Shown here: positions 58,489 through 64,000 of the stretch, piece after piece
How the letters are laid out: each line of letters opens with the position of its first letter
How positions within the stretch are numbered: position 1 is the first letter of the stretch
DNA from: a virus
DNA length: 64,000 nt
IMG/VR virus record: IMGVR_UViG_3300042520_000860
Span: 1 to 64,000 of that record
Direction: 5' to 3' (one strand)
The notes under the pieces: model-generated
What the model saw: only the letters and a program-made list of their open reading frames with translations
Told to the model about the DNA's origin: nothing
Database searches by the model: none
Made by a program: the position numbers and the translations under genes

Positions 58489-58735
58489 GGCTCCCTCCTT
58501 TCACGGCTTCGATTGCGGCTTCCCAACCATCAATCCATACGTCATGTCCAAGATCACGGATAATCCATATAGCCCAATCTTCGACTGTAAAACTCTCTCC
58601 GCCGTAGCAATGTGCAACAGGCTTCATTTCGTGGACTAGCTTTCCGTCACGGTATATTTGGTAGCCTTCCGCGTAACTACCACCGCAAGTTTCGCAGTCG
58701 TAGTCGTCATGAGTTGTTTTGATTTCGTATCTCAT
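58481..58735 (-). CDS. hypothetical protein
   Basis: DCETCGGSYAEG...AHCY. Confidence 0.6.
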   Translation of the reverse strand: MRYEIKTTHDDYDCETCGGSYAEGYQIYRDGKLVHEMKPVAHCYGGESFTVEDWAIWIIRDLGHDVWIDGWEAAIEAVKGGSHE

Positions 58736-59085
58736 TGATGTTCTCCTTTCACGGCGGCGAGTGCTTTCTCGATTAACTCGTATGCTGCACCTGTTAGTGA
58801 ATAATTATGCCAAAGATCATTGAGCACCTCCGCCAGCCTGTCGCGTTGCTCGATAGCTTCCTCGTAATCTTCTATAGCAGAAAACAGAGCTTTCTGTGCT
58901 GTGTCGCGTTGCCCTTTGGTCTCAAAATAACGGTCTTCATATTTAGATGCTATCACCCTCGCCTCCTCGCGTTGCTTGCGCGCTTCATAAAGTTCGCTTT
59001 CCAATTGGACGATCCATCTCGACTCAAAACTATCATAGCCAAAGGCGGTTATGTCTGGTGTGTCGGTTTCTTGTTGGTCACTCAT
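58732..59085 (-). CDS. coiled-coil hypothetical protein
   Basis: TDTP...EQRDRLAE...ALAAVKG. Confidence 0.6.
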   Translation of the reverse strand: MSDQQETDTPDITAFGYDSFESRWIVQLESELYEARKQREEARVIASKYEDRYFETKGQRDTAQKALFSAIEDYEEAIEQRDRLAEVLNDLWHNYSLTGAAYELIEKALAAVKGEHQ

Positions 59086-59390
59086 TGCTGGTTTCTTTCT
59101 ACTGCAATCGCGAGGGCTTCAAGAGTGTCTGGGTCGATCTCGCCGCCTAGGTTGTAATCAGTCAGTGCGCTATCGACTAGCTTGGTAAGCTCATCCTTTG
59201 TCGCATTTGCAAACATTGCAAATTGGAGTGCGTCGTCTCTGTCGCGTTCCATGCGTCGGATGACTCCTAGGGCGCAAGTCACTTGCTCTTCAAGCAAACC
59301 GATCTGTTCCTTCGCCCAAACCAACTCAGCCCGAAGGTTTGGTGAGTCCTCTGGCGGACTCCACCCTGTTCCGTACTCGTCGCTTATCAT
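59082..59390 (-). CDS. coiled-coil hypothetical protein
   Basis: ATGA overlaps at both ends. Confidence 0.6.
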   Translation of the reverse strand: MISDEYGTGWSPPEDSPNLRAELVWAKEQIGLLEEQVTCALGVIRRMERDRDDALQFAMFANATKDELTKLVDSALTDYNLGGEIDPDTLEALAIAVERNQQ

Positions 59391-59605
59391 TTTGTTTCTG
59401 GGTATTCGAGTTCAAGTAAAAGCTGAAGGCAATGGATTGCCTTTTCGATGTCTTGCCTACCGTTCTTTTCGCGGTGGCGCGTGACATAGCGAATCACGCT
59501 CGACTCGCAGTAGGGGAGGCGGTTGAGCTGGCAGTACTCGGCTGGCTGGATTGCGAGATGCTTGTAATGGGTTCCAGCGACTTGCGTTTTGAGCGGGTCG
59601 TTCAT
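59387..59605 (-). CDS. DUF3310 domain protein
   Basis: QVAGTHY...IQP...IRYVTR..EKNGRQDIEKA. Confidence 0.85.
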   Translation of the reverse strand: MNDPLKTQVAGTHYKHLAIQPAEYCQLNRLPYCESSVIRYVTRHREKNGRQDIEKAIHCLQLLLELEYPETK

Positions 59606-59610
59606 GTGGG

Positions 59611-59841
59611 TTAGATGGATAGGTCTCGCAACGCGTCCTGTCTGGTCACTGCCAACCGCCGCCACTTTTCATTCTCGGCGAGTAGCTCTTCGATCCGTTT
59701 GAGGCTTGAGGCGAGGAGTTTGGATTGCTCAAGGGCCTCAGTCTTCCACGCCTCAAGTTCATGGCGAAGTGAATTGCATTCAGCCTGATACATCCGCTTG
59801 TCGGCAAGGATGCGGTCGATTGCTTCGTCAACGTAGCTCAT
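59611..59841 (-). CDS. coiled-coil hypothetical protein
   Basis: SD and ATGA overlap. Confidence 0.55.
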   Translation of the reverse strand: MSYVDEAIDRILADKRMYQAECNSLRHELEAWKTEALEQSKLLASSLKRIEELLAENEKWRRLAVTRQDALRDLSI

Positions 59842-60128
59842 TGCGCGTCCTCCTTTTCTGCGGCCAAGATGATGAACGCTGGCGTATTCTCGCCAACCCA
59901 TGCGCCTTCAACGTTGTAGGAAAAGTATTCCTCGGCTTCCTCAAGCGTCATGGATTCCATGAGTTGTCGGATGCACGCTTGCTGATCGTAGACTGCAAAT
60001 GGTTTTCCGAACTGCCTCGCAATTCCTAGGAAGCAGGATTCAAAGCCGTCGGCGAGTAGGATCACTTCATCATCACCAAGGCATACTTCAATGGCGTCGG
60101 AGATTCTTTTGTCTGGGTGGTAGGGCAT
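59838..60128 (-). CDS. conserved phage hypothetical protein
   Basis: LADGFE...AVYD...EEAEEYFSYNVEGAWVGENTP. Confidence 0.7.
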   Translation of the reverse strand: MPYHPDKRISDAIEVCLGDDEVILLADGFESCFLGIARQFGKPFAVYDQQACIRQLMESMTLEEAEEYFSYNVEGAWVGENTPAFIILAAEKEDAQ

Positions 60129-60397
60129 TAGTCTAGGCGAGGGTTGAGTATTTCGGAGAGGATTGCTTTTATGCGATGATCGTCCTCAGTCAAGGCGTAA
60201 GCAAGTTGAGTTTTAAGGTTGTGCAGTTGTTCTGAACAATGGCGCAACTGCTTACGAAGCCTAACGACTTCCTCGTTTGAGATGTTCGCCTCAGTTATCG
60301 CAGCTCCGTATTTGTCGAACCAATTACGCGCTGACTCTTGCCAGCGGTCGAGTTCTTTTTGCAGACTTGCGCAGTCAGTGTGGGTGTCAGTATTCAT
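60128..60397 (-). CDS. hypothetical protein
   Basis: ORF with TAATG overlap. Confidence 0.55.
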   Translation of the reverse strand: MNTDTHTDCASLQKELDRWQESARNWFDKYGAAITEANISNEEVVRLRKQLRHCSEQLHNLKTQLAYALTEDDHRIKAILSEILNPRLD

Positions 60398-60409
60398 GTG
60401 GGTTTATGG

Positions 60410-61291
60410 TTAGAGGTCTTCTGGGTGGCGAAAGCCAAGAAACGACGGGATGCGCGGCTTGTCCTTCATACCGATTGACTGATAGCGAAACTTGACGAGC
60501 TTTCCAAGATAGTTTTTGCGGTTGTCCCATATCTCTTTCCTCAGCGCGGCATCAAAGCCAGTGCCTAGGTTGAAGTCGCCGAAGCGTTCATGGCGAAGTA
60601 CTAACGCGCCAAGGGTTCCAAGCGGCGTGAGGTTTTCTTTGTGCGACGAGCGGCGCGTATGACCAAGCTCATTGGTGGTGGCCTCGTTATCATTGCGATG
60701 CTGTTCCTCGAAGTCGATGATCTCGGCCTCGTCGTCCTCGAAAGGTTTGAGTTTAATGAGGTGGCCTTCCTTGAAGGTTGACCTACCGAACTTGTAGACT
60801 CCTCGCGGGGCGCGGATCATTGCGCCCTCGTATCCACGCGTCAAGCATGAGTCCAGATAGTCGTCCAGCTCGATGCGGTCGCGAATGAACTTGGTTTCAA
60901 CCGCCTTCAGGAACGGGTGCTTTTTTGCAAGGTTTGCAATCCTGAAAATGTACTGATTGACCCGTTGCTCATACGGTAGCGCGGGACTGGTGAAGGTATC
61001 AAAGACATGGAAGGCGAAGTCGGGCTTGCCGCCGCGCGTCATAATCCCAGATGTGACATCTTGGAATGATGCGCCATCGCCCACCATCAACTCGCCATCA
61101 AAGCCATCGAACTCAGGCCGTGTCAGCGTCGCGCTGATGTGGCTGTTTGGAATGGGTTTGAGCGAGCGCGTCTTTGGCATGCCGTTAATCACAAGGCAAC
61201 GGATTCCGTCCAGCTTCGGTGAGGCAATCAGCGGAAAGCGCAGCGTGTGCGCCTCAGCATCAAAGGATGCCGCGAGCATGGGCTTAATCAT
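60410..61291 (-). CDS. lig: ATP-dependent DNA ligase
   Basis: KPMLA, SPKLDGIR, FDGEL, FHVFD, YEGAMIR, IKLK, GTGF, PRIP. Confidence 0.92.
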   Translation of the reverse strand: MIKPMLAASFDAEAHTLRFPLIASPKLDGIRCLVINGMPKTRSLKPIPNSHISATLTRPEFDGFDGELMVGDGASFQDVTSGIMTRGGKPDFAFHVFDTFTSPALPYEQRVNQYIFRIANLAKKHPFLKAVETKFIRDRIELDDYLDSCLTRGYEGAMIRAPRGVYKFGRSTFKEGHLIKLKPFEDDEAEIIDFEEQHRNDNEATTNELGHTRRSSHKENLTPLGTLGALVLRHERFGDFNLGTGFDAALRKEIWDNRKNYLGKLVKFRYQSIGMKDKPRIPSFLGFRHPEDL

Positions 61292-61854
61292 TGCGCACCT
61301 CCTTTCTGCTTGAGCGACAAGCGACCAAGCCCAGCGGTGAACCATTTAGGCGGGGAGCAAAACTTCCACTTAGCGAAACTACTTTTATCGTAGATGTAGT
61401 ACAGGCGATACTTTTCAACTGCCGTAAGGCCATCAAACCCTTGATGCTTGCGGCATTGCTGCTGGTCTGAGATGGCGATAGCAAAGTCGGTCAGCCCACC
61501 AAGAGGAACGAGCGAGTCATTGTAGCGCAAGTCGCACCATCGAATAAATTTCTCAGAAAAGTGAGACCCGCCATAGCGGCGCTTTTTTTCATGGCACATA
61601 GACAGCGCGTGAAGGATCAGCCAATCCATGTTTTCAGAAGAGGCCATAACCCACCGCGTGCAAGGGTGGTTTGAGTACCCATGCGAGCGTGGGTTGCCGT
61701 TACTATTGCGGGGACAATCATTCGCGGCAAGGCGTTCCAAGGTAAAGCAGTTAGCCAGCATTTGAGCAGACTCAACAATCATCTTGATGACATGGGCATC
61801 ACATAAGTCCCTCGCCGCTTTTTCTGGATCTTGATCTAAGCAGAATATGTTCAT
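61288..61854 (-). CDS. pyrimidine dimer DNA glycosylase/endonuclease V family protein
   Basis: MNIFCLD..P..AA...CDAHVIKMIVESAQML, NHPCTRW, YRLYY. Confidence 0.8.
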   Translation of the reverse strand: MNIFCLDQDPEKAARDLCDAHVIKMIVESAQMLANCFTLERLAANDCPRNSNGNPRSHGYSNHPCTRWVMASSENMDWLILHALSMCHEKKRRYGGSHFSEKFIRWCDLRYNDSLVPLGGLTDFAIAISDQQQCRKHQGFDGLTAVEKYRLYYIYDKSSFAKWKFCSPPKWFTAGLGRLSLKQKGGAQ

Positions 61855-61857
61855 GGG

Positions 61858-62022
61858 TTAATCTCCTAGTGCGGTTCTATCAACATAGTCCTCGAAGCAA
61901 AGCTCACAAAGGATGCCGATCTTGCTACGGTGCATTCGAATCTCATCGGACTTCATTTGCGCTGGACTGACGACTTGCCCACAATCAGCGCAAGTCAAAG
62001 GTTGGTCATGTATTACAGACAT
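61858..62022 (-). CDS. 54 aa Zn-finger protein (absent from the ORF track)
   Basis: CADC...CELC. Confidence 0.45.
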   Translation of the reverse strand: MSVIHDQPLTCADCGQVVSPAQMKSDEIRMHRSKIGILCELCFEDYVDRTALGD

Positions 62023-62090
62023 AGCGTTAATTTATTTGGTTGGCGAGTTGGTAGTTTAAGAGGCGCGGGGATTGAACCCACGCCGGAAGT

Positions 62091-62960
62091 TTAGGCATCA
62101 GCGGATTCGTTATTGAACTGCACGCCCATTATGAAGTCAGCGGCGCGTTGTGCTTGCGCGGCGGCTTGCACCACCAGCTTAGAATCATCCTTGAGCGCTT
62201 TGAGCCATGAGGCAATGTACGAGGCACTTGTTTTCAAAGTGTTTTCAATGCCCGCTGAGGCGCTCAAGAAGGCCGCGCCCATCTCGGCGACTAACTCTTC
62301 CTTGGCGTAGCACTCATCACCGAAGGCCGCCAGCTCCGTAACGCCAGCGCGGTTTAAGCGCGACTCATGACCCGTGGCGTGGGTTAGCTCATGGAAAAGG
62401 ACTGAGTAGTAATTGCCCTCGGCATCGAATGACTCACGCGGCGGCATCGTCACGCTATCCTCGCAGGGGCGATAAAAAGCACGCCCACCTCCATGATTGA
62501 TGCGGGGGGCCTTTGGCATCTCGGCCACGATCTTTTCCGCCGCCTCAATCGGGTTGAACTCTGGCAGGTTGGCGGGTGCTTCATCGACCGCAAGACCGTC
62601 GCATTGCTCGACATTGAAGACGGTGAAGTATCTCAGGAAAGGAACTTTCTTCGGCGTGCCATCGGCTTTCTTTTCGGTCTTGGAGTCAACCCAGTTCCAG
62701 AAGACAATCGGCGTTCCCTTTTCGCCCTTGCGCACTGAGCCGCCAAGGGAAGTAGCTTGCTTGAAGGTCAGCCAGTAGGGCGAGGCATACGGGGCGAATC
62801 CAAGGAGGAACCAGTTGACGCCGCGATAAGGCTTGCGGCTGATAAAGTTAGCAGGGTTTCCGCCGTTCTCGGCTTTCCACGGCTTGCGCCATGGCACTGT
62901 TCCAGCTTCGAGTTGCGAAATGATTTGCTCGGTGACGATTTCGTAGATGTCTTTTTTCAT
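62091..62960 (-). CDS. ardC: ArdC-like antirestriction ssDNA-binding protein with metallopeptidase domain
   Basis: PWRKPW, YRGVN, WLTFKQA, VRKGEKG, VFNVEQ, FHELTHATGH, YAKEELVAE. Confidence 0.9.
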   Translation of the reverse strand: MKKDIYEIVTEQIISQLEAGTVPWRKPWKAENGGNPANFISRKPYRGVNWFLLGFAPYASPYWLTFKQATSLGGSVRKGEKGTPIVFWNWVDSKTEKKADGTPKKVPFLRYFTVFNVEQCDGLAVDEAPANLPEFNPIEAAEKIVAEMPKAPRINHGGGRAFYRPCEDSVTMPPRESFDAEGNYYSVLFHELTHATGHESRLNRAGVTELAAFGDECYAKEELVAEMGAAFLSASAGIENTLKTSASYIASWLKALKDDSKLVVQAAAQAQRAADFIMGVQFNNESADA

Positions 62961-63029
62961 GGTCGTATTTGGTTTTGGTTTTGGTTTTGGTTGGTTAGGG
63001 TTAGCCGGGGATGGAACCCGGCGGGTTGG

Positions 63030-63389
63030 TTAGATGCGCTTGAAGTGGATCGGGTCGCTGTACTGATCACCGGCTAGGAGGACTTTGAAAGTTTCGCCTT
63101 CGATGATGACGAGTTGTTTGTTGTCGAGAATTACTGAGTCCCTGATTTCTTGGCGCTCTTTTTCAAGCTCTTCGGCTTTTCCTGCGTAGTCAGCGGTAAG
63201 CATGGCTGGCTTTTGATTAGCCCAAGCAGTGTCGTGGCCACGCATTAGGCAATGCTCGTGAGCCTCTTCTGGGTCTGAATTGCATTCGTGGGCATATCCA
63301 CGAGCCGTTCGGACTCTAATCTTTTTGGCGTATTGGCTGAAGCCGAAGCCGCGAACGACTTGGTTGTGGTGGAGTTGGATTGGATTCAT
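63030..63389 (-). CDS. hypothetical protein, first gene after promoter repeat C
   Basis: AACC leader ending GACCATG; GDQYSDPIHF C-terminus. Confidence 0.65.
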   Translation of the reverse strand: MNPIQLHHNQVVRGFGFSQYAKKIRVRTARGYAHECNSDPEEAHEHCLMRGHDTAWANQKPAMLTADYAGKAEELEKERQEIRDSVILDNKQLVIIEGETFKVLLAGDQYSDPIHFKRI

Positions 63390-63631
63390 GGTCGTATTTG
63401 GTTTGGTTTGGTTTATTGCCTATTTGCTGGCAACGAAATCAACCTACCTTATGCCCTTTCGTTTTGCAAACTTTTTCTCGTAAATCTTTAAAATCCTTGT
63501 GTTTATGCGCCCTCTAGCTCCTTAAAAATTGCAAATTAGTTGCAAAACGTGCAAATTTTCCTCATCTTTTTGCCCTCTTTTCCTTTGTGTGTATTTTTTG
63601 AATACACTTTTGGTAAGGGCTCTTCCTCTTC
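63390..63631 (-). repeat. promoter module repeat copy C (promoter at 63441-63469)
   Basis: Near-identical to copy B along its full length. Confidence 0.9.
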
Positions 63632-63655
63632 AATGAGGTAGCCTCACGCAACCCT

Positions 63656-63835
63656 TTACGCAGGTAAGTGCGCTAGAACTCTAGTCGCTTCGTCGAGCGA
63701 GCGTTGCTCCCACTCTTCGCGATGGCTAGACGTCAATCCTTCGAGGTCAGCAGCGCAGCACTTTAAGGCACTGACTAAGTCGTCAAAAGTTTTGCGGTCA
63801 AGGGTTATGCTCTGAGCGGTCTGTTCGTTGTTCAT
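63656..63835 (-). CDS. 59 aa hypothetical protein
   Basis: MNNEQTAQ... ORF below the track cutoff. Confidence 0.45.
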   Translation of the reverse strand: MNNEQTAQSITLDRKTFDDLVSALKCCAADLEGLTSSHREEWEQRSLDEATRVLAHLPA

Positions 63836-63852
63836 TGCTTTTTAGTTTGAGG

Positions 63853-64000
63853 TTAATCTTTGACGAATACGCCGTCAATCATCTTGCCCGTTCGTCCAGC
63901 AATCTCATCGTAGGCTTGCGCAAGGCAATCATGGAAGTTCAAGCCAGCAAGTTCAGCGAGCAGAATCAAGGTCACGGTAGTGTCGCCGATCCCATCCTTC
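63853..64000 (-). CDS. MazG-like nucleotide pyrophosphohydrolase (C-terminal part, cut by window edge)
   Basis: GIGDTTVTLILLA...CLAQAYDEIAGRTGKMIDGVFVKD. Confidence 0.8.
   Translation of the reverse strand, partial: KDGIGDTTVTLILLAELAGLNFHDCLAQAYDEIAGRTGKMIDGVFVKD

Larger units (their letters stand above)
2707..63554. repeat. dispersed palindromic motif TTGCAA-N3-TTGCAA (about 26 sites)
   Basis: Perfect copies start at 8334, 12424, 17219, 23281, 30500, 34131, 38498, 42952, 46616, 48696, 56523, 56938, 59207, 60925; one-mismatch copies at 2707, 3667, 4707, 6617, 8325, 14413, 16416, 35797, 42361, 49424, 52230, 63540. Confidence 0.9.

Noticed and set aside
62040-62110. tRNA gene
   Set aside because: Only a T-arm-like hairpin is present; no acceptor, D or anticodon arms.
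290-63491. Numerous + strand ORFs in the track (e.g. 334..1050, 30124..30786, 37295..38404)
   Set aside because: They are antisense shadows of well-supported - strand genes with no recognisable motifs; only 56637..56936 is credible.
2534-63631. Long repeats as CRISPR array, att sites or terminal repeats
   Set aside because: Three dispersed copies without spacers, each carrying promoter and leader elements; no cas or integrase gene in the window.
1-64000. Alternative genetic code or diversity-generating retroelement
   Set aside because: Genes are intact in code 11 with all three stops used; no reverse transcriptase or TR/VR pair was seen.

Overview
The window is a 64 kb section of a tailed dsDNA phage genome with an HK97-fold capsid and a long tail. 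Almost every gene is on the - strand. Reading in the direction of transcription (right to left) it contains: (1) early and accessory genes (partial MazG-like, ArdC, pyrimidine-dimer glycosylase, ATP-dependent ligase, DUF3310, small coiled-coil proteins); (2) a candidate modification cluster (sulfotransferase, two GT-A glycosyltransferases, ParB-like protein, UDP-galactopyranose mutase); (3) packaging and head genes (terminase, GroES, portal, a MuF protein carrying ADP-ribosyltransferase and metallopeptidase domains, prohead protease, major capsid protein); (4) tail genes (two paralogous tube-like genes, a -1 frameshifted chaperone, tape measure, Ig-rich fibre); (5) a lysis cassette; (6) a Ycf46-like AAA/DUF1257/DUF2997 module; (7) replication genes (initiator with an internal origin-like region, DnaB, UDG-PolA). 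The most striking unexplained signal is the palindrome TTGCAA-N3-TTGCAA, which I counted by eye as 14 perfect and about 12 one-mismatch copies. The copies are spread across the whole window, occur inside genes in all three reading frames, and cluster at the promoters and the putative origin. A ~200-240 bp promoter module is also repeated three times in front of the early-gene islands. A diderm host is inferred from a lipoprotein in the lysis cassette. All protein calls come from recognising motifs by eye; no database searches were run.
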